DNA of 64,000 bases from Candidatus Gottesmanbacteria bacterium (GCA_016218255.1 JACREN010000044.1:2489-66488), one strand, 5' to 3'; positions 1 to 10,458 are shown, counted from the stretch's first letter. The notes: generated by a model from the letters alone, not told the origin. Numbers and translations are program-made.

Positions 1-221
1 AATTGAGCAGGAAACCAATTTGAGTTTCTTCTTCTCCAACGGGCCAACAACGCGATGATCGAATTATCAGAAACGTGTCTACTGGTAAAAACTTTCAGCG
101 ATCCGGCTGTTCGGGAACGATTTTTTAGTATCGGAATGGTCAATATTCGCATACTGTATTTCGGATGCTTAAGATAATTCATCTGCGATGATACCTTTGC
201 TTTAAACGTCTCTCGCATGTC

Positions 222-1349
222 TTAAGTCACGCCGAGCAGTTCGCGGATAGAATCGGAAACATACGCGACTTCGCGTTCGCCCAAACAAACACCGCTCGGT
301 AAATTTATTCCTGAATATGCAAGCTCATGCGATACAGAAGTGTTGAATTTTGGTTTTGGATAAATACCAAAATCACTTATGGGGTAAAAAAACGGCCGGG
401 TGTCAATATTTCGAAGCTTTAACGCTATTCGAAGTTCATCACGGCTCAGCCGAAATTTCTTTTCCATGACAATAGAAGTCATCCAATAACTGCTCCGAAC
501 ATCTGTCCTCTCGGGATTCATCGATAATCCTTCAATGGTCCCAAGTCTTGACTTGTACCACGAAAATATCTGCCTTTTTCTTGCTATCAAATCTTCAATT
601 TCTTCAAGTCTGGCCAATCCCAGAGCTGCCTGAATATTTGACATAGGATACATATACCCAATCTCATCATGCCAAAACTGACGCTTTGGATTAATTCCAT
701 GATCCACAAGCGATCTGGCTCTCTCAATCCAGGATTTTTTATTCGTTATCAGCATACCGCCTTCACCTATGGCCAGAAGCTTCGCCCCCTGGAAACTAAA
801 TGCTGCTGTGTCGCTTGTTACTCCTGCATGCTTCCCATTCAGAATACATCCTAACCCCTCGCACGCATCCTCAATGACATACAGTTTATATTTTTTTGCC
901 AACGCCCGTATACCACGCATATCCGCTACGTTTCCGTACAGATGCACCGGCATAATAGCCCGGGTTCGCCTGGTTATATACCGCTCGGCTTTTCTGACGT
1001 CAATGGACCATGTATCACGATCCACATCAACCAGTACCGGTCTGGCTCCCGTATACTGTACAGCATTCGCACATGCGATATAGGTAAAGTCTGGTATGAG
1101 CACTTCATCGCCGGGACCAACGCCAGCAAGAATAAGTCCCATATGAAGTGCACTTGTGCCTGTCGGCATCGCGAGAGCATACGAAGTCCCGACGTACCTT
1201 GCGAATGCTTCTTCAAATTTATATATGTAATCACTGTGATGGAAATTCCATCCATTTTTGGCCGCATCCGTCACGTAAGCTAATTCATGACGACTTATCT
1301 TGGGTCCGGCAGTCAGTATCATTTCGTTGGGCTTCTGCATGCGCTTCAT
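222..1349 (-). CDS. DegT/DnrJ/EryC1/StrS-family PLP-dependent sugar aminotransferase
   Basis: 375-aa ORF. It has the Gly-rich PLP fold signature 'AMPTGTSALHMGL' and the catalytic Lys in 'FSFQGAKLLAIGEGG'. Lys (not His) argues for an aminotransferase rather than an E1-type dehydrase. The real start may be the internal Met in 'MILTAGPK' near 1322. Confidence 0.85.
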   Translation of the reverse strand: MKRMQKPNEMILTAGPKISRHELAYVTDAAKNGWNFHHSDYIYKFEEAFARYVGTSYALAMPTGTSALHMGLILAGVGPGDEVLIPDFTYIACANAVQYTGARPVLVDVDRDTWSIDVRKAERYITRRTRAIMPVHLYGNVADMRGIRALAKKYKLYVIEDACEGLGCILNGKHAGVTSDTAAFSFQGAKLLAIGEGGMLITNKKSWIERARSLVDHGINPKRQFWHDEIGYMYPMSNIQAALGLARLEEIEDLIARKRQIFSWYKSRLGTIEGLSMNPERTDVRSSYWMTSIVMEKKFRLSRDELRIALKLRNIDTRPFFYPISDFGIYPKPKFNTSVSHELAYSGINLPSGVCLGEREVAYVSDSIRELLGVT

Positions 1350-2284
1350 AAATTGATGGTGTTCCGAATAATATATCGCGGCCGGCGCTTTACTTCAAGG
1401 AATATTTTTGCCAGGTATTCTGCTATCACGCTTAAACTCAAAAGCTGGACGCCTCCCAAAAATAAAATAAGAATCACGATAGTCGGTATCCCCCGCGGTG
1501 CATCGCGATAGACAATGATCATGCTTATATTGATTATTATAAGAACCAATGTCATGAGCATGACAAAAAATGCGGTTAATGATATCCATTCAAGCGGTTT
1601 AAATGAAAAATTGATAATGAGAGTTTTTGCCCACCAAAACCCGGACATGAGGGATTCATTTGATCTGCCGGCGTGGCGGGCATCCCTCACATAAGAAACG
1701 CCAATTTGGCGAAACCCCACATACGCCCGAAGACACCGGAGATAATAATCATATTCATCCATAGCCAGAAGCGCTTCCATGGGTTTTCGCCCTATAAGAG
1801 AAAACTCTCCTGCGTCAGGAGGAATGGGAAAATAGGCGAGTTTTTGAAGGAAAAAATAAAATCCCCGATACAGTACGTTCATAAGCGCAGTCGCGCCTCT
1901 TCGTTTCTTTCGTACTCCATAAACGATATCGTACCCCTTGCGCCAATGCAAAATAAATTCACGGATGAGCTCCGGCGGATCCTGTATATCTCCGTGCAAA
2001 AGTACCACTGCTTTTCCCTTCGCATACTGAAGTCCGGCCAAAAAACTTGGCTGGGGCGAACCGAAATTCCGGCTCATGACAATGACCTTTACGCGCCGAT
2101 CCCGCTGGCCAAGAGACGAAAAAATGCTTTCTGACCCGTCCGTTGATGCGTTGTCCACAAAAATAAGTTCAAATTCATACCCCGGTAGGGTTGCAATAAC
2201 CGATTTTACCCGAGTATACATCTCTCGGATATTTCCGGATTCGTTATAACAGGTTACAACAACTGATATAAGTGTTTTTCTCAT
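1346..2284 (-). CDS. Family-2 glycosyltransferase, polyprenol-phosphate sugar synthase type (ArnC/GtrB/DPM1-like) with C-terminal TM helices
   Basis: N-terminal GT-A motifs 'ISVVVTCYNE', 'VDNASTDGS' and 'HGDIQDPP', followed by two hydrophobic C-terminal helices. The ORF track gives 1346..2374. An internal ATG at 2284 ('MRKTLISVVV') gives an ATGA overlap with the upstream gene that ends at 2281. Confidence 0.8.
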   Translation of the reverse strand: MRKTLISVVVTCYNESGNIREMYTRVKSVIATLPGYEFELIFVDNASTDGSESIFSSLGQRDRRVKVIVMSRNFGSPQPSFLAGLQYAKGKAVVLLHGDIQDPPELIREFILHWRKGYDIVYGVRKKRRGATALMNVLYRGFYFFLQKLAYFPIPPDAGEFSLIGRKPMEALLAMDEYDYYLRCLRAYVGFRQIGVSYVRDARHAGRSNESLMSGFWWAKTLIINFSFKPLEWISLTAFFVMLMTLVLIIINISMIIVYRDAPRGIPTIVILILFLGGVQLLSLSVIAEYLAKIFLEVKRRPRYIIRNTINL

Positions 2285-3240
2285 CCGTATTTTTTGTACC
2301 AGGCCAATGTTTTCAAGATTCCTCCACGAAGTGAGTAGTGGGGCATCCACCCAAGATTTTTTATCTTTTCCCAATCAAGGTGCTGATAGGGTATTTCATT
2401 CTTCGAAGTGTTTGCGATAGAATATCGTATTCGCTTATGAAGAATTTTTTCGGTACGCTTAATGAGCTCAATAACTGAACACGACACTTCAGAAGATATA
2501 TTAAACGCCTGTCCTTTAATTTTTCCCATACGTTCTAGTAGAAATACATACGCTCTCGCCACATCACCGACGTAGATATAATCACGTATATATGTACCGT
2601 CGCTTCGTAACACCACAGGAACGCCATGGACCAGACTATTCATAATGCCGGGAATAATTCTACTATTATGCAGATCTCCCGGACCATAAATATTGCCAAA
2701 TCTTGTTATAGCTACAGGAACTCCGTATGTCTGCCAATATGCGTTAGCTATTAAATCAGCAGCGGACTTAGAGACTTCATATGGATGATCACCCCGAAGT
2801 GGATCATCCTCTCTGTAAATTTTTTTCAATTTACCATATGCTTTATCCGATGAAGCAAGTATCACGCCATGGACGCGCGGGGTACGGCGGGCAGCCTCAA
2901 GTATAGAAACCGAACCTAATACATTGGTCCGTATCGCTTCTGCTGGATTTTCATAGGACGTTGTCACGATAGCAGAAGCAGCCAAATGGATAATGCTGTC
3001 TATTTCATATCGAGTCACGACATCAATCACACGATCTGTATCGTTGACATCGCAATGCACACTAATCACTTTCTGATCGAGTTCTTTGGTGATAAAATAA
3101 CTATTAGGATCATGACTCCGGACAGTAGTAACGACTCTATATCCCCTTCCGAGAAGCAATTCAATGACGTGACCGCCGACCAAACCGGTTCCGCCAGTAA
3201 CCAGAACCGTCTGACCCGTCAATCGTTCCATATTTTCCAT
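2281..3240 (-). CDS. NAD-dependent extended-SDR sugar-nucleotide dehydratase/epimerase (CDP-glucose 4,6-dehydratase-like)
   Basis: Rossmann motif 'VLVTGGTGLVGGHV' and catalytic 'YEVSK' (YxxxK). It lies immediately downstream of a glucose-1-phosphate cytidylyltransferase, the usual partner of the CDP-glucose 4,6-dehydratase. Confidence 0.6.
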   Translation of the reverse strand: MENMERLTGQTVLVTGGTGLVGGHVIELLLGRGYRVVTTVRSHDPNSYFITKELDQKVISVHCDVNDTDRVIDVVTRYEIDSIIHLAASAIVTTSYENPAEAIRTNVLGSVSILEAARRTPRVHGVILASSDKAYGKLKKIYREDDPLRGDHPYEVSKSAADLIANAYWQTYGVPVAITRFGNIYGPGDLHNSRIIPGIMNSLVHGVPVVLRSDGTYIRDYIYVGDVARAYVFLLERMGKIKGQAFNISSEVSCSVIELIKRTEKILHKRIRYSIANTSKNEIPYQHLDWEKIKNLGWMPHYSLRGGILKTLAWYKKYG

Positions 3241-3998
3241 TTTGGGTCAGTTTTCCAATACATATTAAGGTTTTCTACATCCGAATATGTGTCCATCGAG
3301 TGCCAAAATCCGCTATGAATATACAGAGAAACCTGACGCTCCTTCACAAGGCGGTGGATTGCTGCGTGCTCATACTCCTCGGGCCGGAGGTAGTTAAAAA
3401 AACTTTTCTTAAATACCATAAAACCGCCGTTTACCCATTCGCGGAGAGACGGTTTTTCAATGAAATCGGTTACAATATTATTTTTATCAACCTTCACCTG
3501 ACCATATTTGCTTCGCGGGTATACACCGGTAATCGTTCCTATGGTATTCTGCTTCTTATGAAAAGAGACGAGTTTTGTGATATCGATATTTCCGACACCG
3601 TCACCGTATGTCACCATAAAATTATCCTCAGTAATATAAGGCTTAATACGTAATATCCGCTCCCCGGTCAGCGTCTCCTGACCGGTTTCAACAAATGTAA
3701 TATTAAAATCGTCAATCCGTTTGTCTTTCTTTCTCAAAGTATGAATTTTCGTTTTACCCGTTCTTGTCGAAAGCGTAAAATCATGCAAAAAATATTTCTG
3801 GTTTAGAAAATAGTCCTTAATCGCATCTCCTTTATACCCAAGAGCAATCACAAAATCTTTATATCCATAATGGGCATAAATTTTCATAATATGCCAAAGA
3901 ATCGGCTTATTGCCGATGGTGACGAGCGGCTTTGGCTTAAACTCCGTCTCCTCTTTTAAGCGGTAACCTATACCGCCGGATAATATTATTGTTTTCAT
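3219..3998 (-). CDS. rfbF: Glucose-1-phosphate cytidylyltransferase
   Basis: 259 aa. N-terminus 'MKTIILSGGIGYRLKEETEFKPKPLVTIGNKPILWHIMKIYAHYGYKDFVIALGYKG' matches the RfbF/DdhA nucleotidyltransferase signature over its whole length. Confidence 0.85.
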   Translation of the reverse strand: MKTIILSGGIGYRLKEETEFKPKPLVTIGNKPILWHIMKIYAHYGYKDFVIALGYKGDAIKDYFLNQKYFLHDFTLSTRTGKTKIHTLRKKDKRIDDFNITFVETGQETLTGERILRIKPYITEDNFMVTYGDGVGNIDITKLVSFHKKQNTIGTITGVYPRSKYGQVKVDKNNIVTDFIEKPSLREWVNGGFMVFKKSFFNYLRPEEYEHAAIHRLVKERQVSLYIHSGFWHSMDTYSDVENLNMYWKTDPKWKIWND

Positions 3999-6116
3999 CT
4001 AAAACAGATCTTCTGGATCCCCTCCGTGATACGGAAATAAAAAGAATATTCTAAATCGTCCGATCACAAATGTACTCTTATTGGCAATACTTTGCAACGG
4101 ACGGCGCTCAGTCAGACGCATATCACCCTCCACCTGATATTTGTTATGCGTTCTGGGTCCTTGAAAAAGTCTCGCAGTAGGCCCTTCATAGAAAAGCTGA
4201 GTGCCATACGGCGGATAGTCGCCAAAAAAATATGGCAGACTGCCCCCAGCAATTGCATTATTTTTCACGATAATCTGATTTTCCTTTTCAAGAAAGGTTC
4301 CTTGTATCGGAATCGCCAACCATTCGCGGAAATTCGGCCACGCGGCTGCTTCTGCCAAAGCATCCTCAACTCCAGCATACCCGCCTAATCGTGGCAATGT
4401 CCGCTGCCACTGGCGCACAGCACGTAAATCGACAGGAGACATCCGCATCATCATTGGAACCCGATCAAACAACTCCTGACCATTTAGCATGACAGTCAAA
4501 AACTGGGTTGCGTTCGGATCCTGTATATCCATGATCAGATACCCATTCAAATCACGCAACCTAGATAACGCTTCGTTTCCCAGGGTAATTTCCTGATGTA
4601 TTTCCTCTCCTTGATTCAATGGTTTCCGCCATTCATGCCAATTCCTGCTTCGTATCTCTGGCGCTATGACAATGGAAATATAGACAATGAGAACACTTGG
4701 TAAAAGTTTCTTCGCCCAGTGATGTGCAATAATAAGCTTTGCGTTGCGATCAATCTTCCAAAGCATCCTCAACGCCCATACAACAATTACTCCTGAGACC
4801 AAAAAATTCACGATCCGCCACACGCGACTGTCAGAAATTAACGGGATTATCCGAAGCTCAATTCCGAGAATATACGGGCCTAATAAAATCCATGACAAGA
4901 AGAGTCCGCACAAACTCAACACCGATTTTCTTGCTGATTGATAATTCCAAAGAAACCGTAACTCCTCTATGCCCGCACCTGCCAACAGCAGTAAAATTCC
5001 CAATACGGGCATCTGATATCGAATTTCCTCCACATAATATAAAGACACGAATACCGTATTCCACAGAATCATTGAACTTATGAGAAGCATAAATCTATGA
5101 CGAAGGGCCGCCCTCGTACCCCACGCTGCCAAAAAAAGTATGCCCGCATGAAGCAGCTGAAGACTCCGCTGGTCCGCAAACGGAAAACTCGTCGCATATG
5201 AATTTGCAGCGTGCCGCCACAACCGGCTTACTCGTTCAAGCTCCAATATAAACAATGAAGCCATATTCTGACGCAATAGTAATCTGGAAAACATATCCAT
5301 CCATCCGGATACTTTGATACCATCCATCCACCATCCGTCTGTTGCCAGCGTATGAGCGTTCATGAATGTACTCGCTATACCGCCAACGCCATAAATACTT
5401 GTGCCGGTAAATGTAAGCATTGCGTTCCATGCAATGACCGGTATTGCGTACCCAGCAATCAGACCATATAGATTTTTTCGCTTGATAGTTCTGTCCATTA
5501 ATAATGGTAGACCGATAAAAAGCATCCCATAATAAGTAAAAACATGACGGATCAAACCCATAATAAATAAAATGAATCCGGCGCCAACGAACCAATAGAG
5601 ATGTTTTTTCCGTAATACAATCCAACTTATGGCAAATACGGTAAGCTGCAACGCTACACCCGTTATCTGTTCCGGCATCCACGAATAGATAAACGCGAAA
5701 AACGGCGTATAAAATGCTCCGACCAAGCCTACAGCAAGCGCAATCCATAGTGGGAACAGCTTCAAGGCGGTCAAAAATAATGCTGATACGAATCCCGCGT
5801 TCAAAATTGGAGCCACGTCGCGTGGTGTCCATTTGGCATTTTCCAGTACCGCAACGTATACGTTATAAAGCGGAGACCCATGCGTGTTTGCACCGGCAAA
5901 ATTATGCTTCAGCGCAGCTATGAATGCGGATTGTTCCTCTATCACAAGTGATCCCACGGCAATGCGCCAAAGGTTGTTTACGGCTATCGCGGCGAGTCGA
6001 TACTCCTTTGCATCTGAAGGTTCGTTATAATCTCCAGTCGCTACAAATTCCAGCCGCACCTGGTATGCAATCCAAAAAAGAAAAAGTGTTATTCCAAGGA
6101 TCAGTATTTTTTTCAT
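3999..6116 (-). CDS. GT-C-type glycosyltransferase, ArnT/PMT-like (GT39/GT83 superfamily)
   Basis: 705 aa with an N-terminal TM helix. The first loop carries an acidic motif 'SDAKEYRLAA' resembling the ArnT 'DExRYA' motif. It also has a 'HGSPLY' element, about 10 predicted TM helices and a C-terminal soluble domain of about 230 aa. Confidence 0.55.
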   Translation of the reverse strand: MKKILILGITLFLFWIAYQVRLEFVATGDYNEPSDAKEYRLAAIAVNNLWRIAVGSLVIEEQSAFIAALKHNFAGANTHGSPLYNVYVAVLENAKWTPRDVAPILNAGFVSALFLTALKLFPLWIALAVGLVGAFYTPFFAFIYSWMPEQITGVALQLTVFAISWIVLRKKHLYWFVGAGFILFIMGLIRHVFTYYGMLFIGLPLLMDRTIKRKNLYGLIAGYAIPVIAWNAMLTFTGTSIYGVGGIASTFMNAHTLATDGWWMDGIKVSGWMDMFSRLLLRQNMASLFILELERVSRLWRHAANSYATSFPFADQRSLQLLHAGILFLAAWGTRAALRHRFMLLISSMILWNTVFVSLYYVEEIRYQMPVLGILLLLAGAGIEELRFLWNYQSARKSVLSLCGLFLSWILLGPYILGIELRIIPLISDSRVWRIVNFLVSGVIVVWALRMLWKIDRNAKLIIAHHWAKKLLPSVLIVYISIVIAPEIRSRNWHEWRKPLNQGEEIHQEITLGNEALSRLRDLNGYLIMDIQDPNATQFLTVMLNGQELFDRVPMMMRMSPVDLRAVRQWQRTLPRLGGYAGVEDALAEAAAWPNFREWLAIPIQGTFLEKENQIIVKNNAIAGGSLPYFFGDYPPYGTQLFYEGPTARLFQGPRTHNKYQVEGDMRLTERRPLQSIANKSTFVIGRFRIFFLFPYHGGDPEDLF

Positions 6117-9055
6117 TGTATCCGCGCAGAATAAACTTCAAGGCTTGAAGGATTCGGAGAGCCGACAACGATAATCTTCCGTAAAATGCTGCCGCTGCAA
6201 TCTAATGCGGTCTGAACCGTTTGTCTTCCATGCTGAAGCGGAAATGAACGAAAGTGCCAAAGCCCCCCAATTAATGTCTTTTGGTTTTGATTCTGTTTAC
6301 TCCAGTCCGCATCCTCCGCGCACACCCAGGCAAGCAACATGGTTTTGTACCGAATAAGCGATGACAATGTTTCCTGTATCGAAAAATCGTTCACATAATG
6401 CCAATTGACCCCCGCAAGTTCAAATATCTTATCCGGAGAGTATTGTCTATTGCTAACCGGCTCAATAACGATCTCATCAAGCGATACAGGTGCGGAAGGA
6501 GTCTGCGTAATAACAATCTTCACCGAACGGTATATTCCAGGTATTACCGTCACCGCATGCATTCCGCCATTATTCGGGCTCCAAGAAATCTTTGTATCCT
6601 CACCTATGCGCCCTATCTTTACGTATGATTCTCCGTAACGCGATCCGTAGACTACGCCCTCTAGCGGCATGCGTTCACTTACCATATTTTTCGGTGTATT
6701 GAGCAATATTCTCCCCACATCTGTAGATTCCGCAAAAGAAAGTATTATCTCTATCGGCAAATTATTGTTTCCTAAATAAAATATTTCATCTGGAGCAGGT
6801 GATGGATCGGAAACAAATACTCCATCGATCAACGATTGCGCACGCACCCGCGCATCGGTTTCATCCAGGCCGGATACAGATGCCCGAATCCCCTGTCGAA
6901 TCAAATCAACCTTCTGGATAGCACGATTGATTTGTATCCGGTCATCCAAATTTATTTCTCCCAGTAGACGATCCTGAAAAGACAGCACAGTGAATGAAGA
7001 AAGGATTTCCTGGATGCTCCTTGCAGCTATCGGCGCGTATTCCTTTATCATCCACCAGAATTGTCCCGGTACGCGAGCTTCTTTTGGAATGATTACCGCA
7101 TCGGAAAATGGAAATTGAACATCCGGCAAAATATTCTGACCGAGAGAAATTTCCAACATCGTTGGCAGGAGCAATCTTTCCCCAATTTCACGGCTTGTAA
7201 GCATCGGGCGCTTTGCCAAATAGAGGGTTCCGTTCGTGTCTATTTTCGTAAATTCCGTCTCGGAAACGGCTTCTTCAAAGACGATGGGTACCGGTATAGA
7301 ATTCTCTTTTTCAAAGAAGATTCTTCTCGCCATCCCGGAAATATTCGCAAACACTGACGTCTCAGGATTAGCATAAAAAGCAAAAAACCTGTCCTTCGTA
7401 TATATGCCGGATTCTATAAGATTGCGGATCTCCCGGACATCATTGCTATAAAATAACTCATCCGTTCGATAAAATCCGTATAGCCACCGCCAGCCGGCAA
7501 CATTGACATCAAGTGCATTCCGGACGGGATTTACGGAATAGATAAGCTTCGGCTTTCCGTCGCGGGGAACCATAGCAAAAAATTTATCGATCAACGCCCT
7601 CTCTTTATTACTGATACCCTCAACTATGCCCCGATGACCCTGAATACTCACCATGCTATTCCCCATCAACACGACGAGAGTTACTATCCATCCGACACGA
7701 CCGAATACGATTCCTTTTTTGCCCCAAAGCCAATAAAGACCCACGCCAAACAGCGTACTCACGCCCACAGCGGCAGCAAAAACATATCTCGCTCCCGGGC
7801 CATACGGAGGTGTTATGCGGGAAAAATAAAACGGAAAAAACAATAAATCGCTTTTTGTAGTGATGTAAAGCGGGACGTAAAACATACTGCTCAAGATCAA
7901 TACGACAGAAAAAACAAGAATTTTCGTCACCCAATGCTGGTTTTTCAACCGAAACAACGCGAGAAAACCGATAATAATAAAGCCGATTAAGGACACCAAT
8001 CCGATCCCATATATCAAATACTGCTCAATAAATGGATTTAACACCAGACTTCCGATCCACATCCGCATGGATGGAAAAGCGCCAATAGCATTTGGCATCA
8101 CCAGTTGAGCCATATAATATGCCAAACGCTCGCTGTAGATATCCCATCGGAACGGAGACGCAACCACAACATTGCTCTTCTTCAATACTCCCTCAAGTAC
8201 TGCAGACCATCCGCCTGGAATAAGACGGATTCCGATAAATCCAAGCCACACCAATCCGATCCCAAAGCTCTCTCCCAGACGCATTATAATGCTGCGTTTC
8301 CGCTTTGCTGGCATCCAGAGGATCGCGAAAAGTCCGAACACCAAACCGGCAATCCGTACAAAACCCATTTTGACTGAAGCGATAAAAAATAGTAATGAAA
8401 GCAGATAATATATACTCGCGCGTTTTTGGGAGTAGCGATAAAGAAAAATAAATGAAAGTATATGAAGACCTAATACCAATGGCATACCCTGGGCATTAGC
8501 CTGCCATGAAAACACATCCAAAAATACCGGTGTAGTGGCAAAATACAATGAAGAAAGGAGTGCAATACTTTTTTTATTACTTATGACAAATACTAAAAAA
8601 TATAAACTCACAGCGGCAAAAATAAACCAAAAAAGAGAAACAATATTGTAGAACCACGCATTTGTACCGAACAAAAGATAAGAAAGTACAAATGACGCGA
8701 ATGGATAGCCGTTTATAATGTAATGGAACGGAAAACCTGCAGCGCCATTAGTAACGGGCGTTAATATAGAAGAGCTGTCTTCGGCAAAAAAATAGTAGCG
8801 GAGAATCAATCCGTGCGCGATAACACCTGCAGTCAGTAGTATTCCAATCTGGATCTTATGCTGAGAAATAGTTCTTGCTATCGGGCGAACGAGGTTGCTT
8901 TGCAATAAAAAAATAACGGCTATCACCATTGGCAACGATTGATCTATCACATAGCTCCACCCGACTCCGATTCGGGACTCAAGCCAAACGTAAAGTCCCG
9001 CATTAAAACTCATTATGCTGTAAAAAATTGCCGCAATAATCCACATTAGCGTCAT
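6113..9055 (-). CDS. Large polytopic membrane protein with a C-terminal extracytoplasmic domain of about 500 aa (GT-C-like, function unknown)
   Basis: 980 aa. The N-terminal ~480 aa are strongly hydrophobic with many helices; the C-terminal half is soluble. It has a 4-nt overlap with both flanking genes. Confidence 0.5.
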   Translation of the reverse strand: MTLMWIIAAIFYSIMSFNAGLYVWLESRIGVGWSYVIDQSLPMVIAVIFLLQSNLVRPIARTISQHKIQIGILLTAGVIAHGLILRYYFFAEDSSSILTPVTNGAAGFPFHYIINGYPFASFVLSYLLFGTNAWFYNIVSLFWFIFAAVSLYFLVFVISNKKSIALLSSLYFATTPVFLDVFSWQANAQGMPLVLGLHILSFIFLYRYSQKRASIYYLLSLLFFIASVKMGFVRIAGLVFGLFAILWMPAKRKRSIIMRLGESFGIGLVWLGFIGIRLIPGGWSAVLEGVLKKSNVVVASPFRWDIYSERLAYYMAQLVMPNAIGAFPSMRMWIGSLVLNPFIEQYLIYGIGLVSLIGFIIIGFLALFRLKNQHWVTKILVFSVVLILSSMFYVPLYITTKSDLLFFPFYFSRITPPYGPGARYVFAAAVGVSTLFGVGLYWLWGKKGIVFGRVGWIVTLVVLMGNSMVSIQGHRGIVEGISNKERALIDKFFAMVPRDGKPKLIYSVNPVRNALDVNVAGWRWLYGFYRTDELFYSNDVREIRNLIESGIYTKDRFFAFYANPETSVFANISGMARRIFFEKENSIPVPIVFEEAVSETEFTKIDTNGTLYLAKRPMLTSREIGERLLLPTMLEISLGQNILPDVQFPFSDAVIIPKEARVPGQFWWMIKEYAPIAARSIQEILSSFTVLSFQDRLLGEINLDDRIQINRAIQKVDLIRQGIRASVSGLDETDARVRAQSLIDGVFVSDPSPAPDEIFYLGNNNLPIEIILSFAESTDVGRILLNTPKNMVSERMPLEGVVYGSRYGESYVKIGRIGEDTKISWSPNNGGMHAVTVIPGIYRSVKIVITQTPSAPVSLDEIVIEPVSNRQYSPDKIFELAGVNWHYVNDFSIQETLSSLIRYKTMLLAWVCAEDADWSKQNQNQKTLIGGLWHFRSFPLQHGRQTVQTALDCSGSILRKIIVVGSPNPSSLEVYSARIQ

Positions 9056-10458
9056 TTATTTTTTGAGTATAATACCAAAGCATCCATACGCATCACTTCA
9101 CGGTAATTCTCTCTCATATACGCCAGAAACGGCCATGTGGAAAGCCCGCGGGGCAAATCCGGATGAGCCCAGTCAAACACAATAGCTGCTGGAGGGTTGC
9201 TAGTAAATACCTTCGTTGTTTCAACAAATGGCTCGAGAATAAACGGCGTAAAATTCGTATATTTATTTGCAGGAAGACGGTCAGACAACAAATAGATCAT
9301 CTCGCTCCCGTAGCTTATAATACGGTCTTGCTTATGCGTATTCTCATTTATCCAGACAGCCATTCTTTTTTCAAAATCCCCCCAGTCAGTCAAATATTGC
9401 TCACGGTGAAAACCGTTATCTCTAACAAAACCATTGTATGCACTCATATACCGTGATACCAACGTCATATATCCTATAAACCCGCACACAATGGATAAAC
9501 GGACCCAAGCAGTGTTCTTTTTATGCAACAAACCACGGATCAAATAACCGGCTGCGACGGAAACAAGAGCAAAACTGGTAAATGTCCGATAGGATAAGTA
9601 TGACGGCAACAAAGACGGAATAAGCGCGACAACAAAAAGTGTCAACAAAATAGCTGTCTTCCGTTGCATCCCCAATTGTTTCCATAAGAAAACACAAGGC
9701 AAAAGAAGAATGCCATATGCAAATTCGATATACAAACCGTCCCCGTGATCCAAAAGAGTGAAATTCCGGTATGGACCAACCACAGTATACAGAGAATAAT
9801 ACAGAAAATCGTACAGTGCTCCACGAAAGAAAAAGTATACCCCTATCAAAATAAACGGAACGGTCAACCCAAAGACATATACAAAGCTGCTCCTCATCAG
9901 ACGACTCATAGATTGCTTCCTAATATATAGATAGAATTGAAAAAACGGCAAGATTAAGACCACAAAAATGGTGTTTTGTTTGGTTGCGACAGTAAAGCCC
10001 GCACATATACCCGCTGCTAATGCCCAAACCGGCCGGTTTGTTAACGCATACTGATGAATCAAGAAAAACAGCAAAAGAACCAATAATCCCACCATTAGTT
10101 CGCCCACTTCCACATTGAGGAAGAGTGGAAACAGAAAGACCAAAAAAAATATACACGCCGGATATACTATCTTTCTGTCAATTCTCTTCAAAACCCACAG
10201 AAATATCGACACCAACAGGCCAAACATTACCCAAATAAATAACTGATACGCTGATCCGCTCGCGCCAAACAGTCTGTACCAAGCTGATAACAAAAACATA
10301 TCGAACGGCATACGAAGCCAAATGATATCCTTATACAGCGTTAATCCCTTTGTCATAAACCAGGGATAAATCACACCGGCAGTCCAAACGTGAAATGGAA
10401 GAAAATATATATTAGCAGTTATCCATAAAAGAGACACGAGATACAACATACCCGCCAT
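9052..10458 (-). CDS. Polytopic membrane protein, paralog of 13104..14486 (GT-C/GT87-like candidate)
   Basis: 468 aa. It shares with 13104..14486 an N-terminal 'ITANIYFLPFHVWT...LYKD' region and a TM 'TKQ(N/T)' element. The start codon is ATG at 10458. Confidence 0.5.
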   Translation of the reverse strand: MAGMLYLVSLLWITANIYFLPFHVWTAGVIYPWFMTKGLTLYKDIIWLRMPFDMFLLSAWYRLFGASGSAYQLFIWVMFGLLVSIFLWVLKRIDRKIVYPACIFFLVFLFPLFLNVEVGELMVGLLVLLLFFLIHQYALTNRPVWALAAGICAGFTVATKQNTIFVVLILPFFQFYLYIRKQSMSRLMRSSFVYVFGLTVPFILIGVYFFFRGALYDFLYYSLYTVVGPYRNFTLLDHGDGLYIEFAYGILLLPCVFLWKQLGMQRKTAILLTLFVVALIPSLLPSYLSYRTFTSFALVSVAAGYLIRGLLHKKNTAWVRLSIVCGFIGYMTLVSRYMSAYNGFVRDNGFHREQYLTDWGDFEKRMAVWINENTHKQDRIISYGSEMIYLLSDRLPANKYTNFTPFILEPFVETTKVFTSNPPAAIVFDWAHPDLPRGLSTWPFLAYMRENYREVMRMDALVLYSKNK

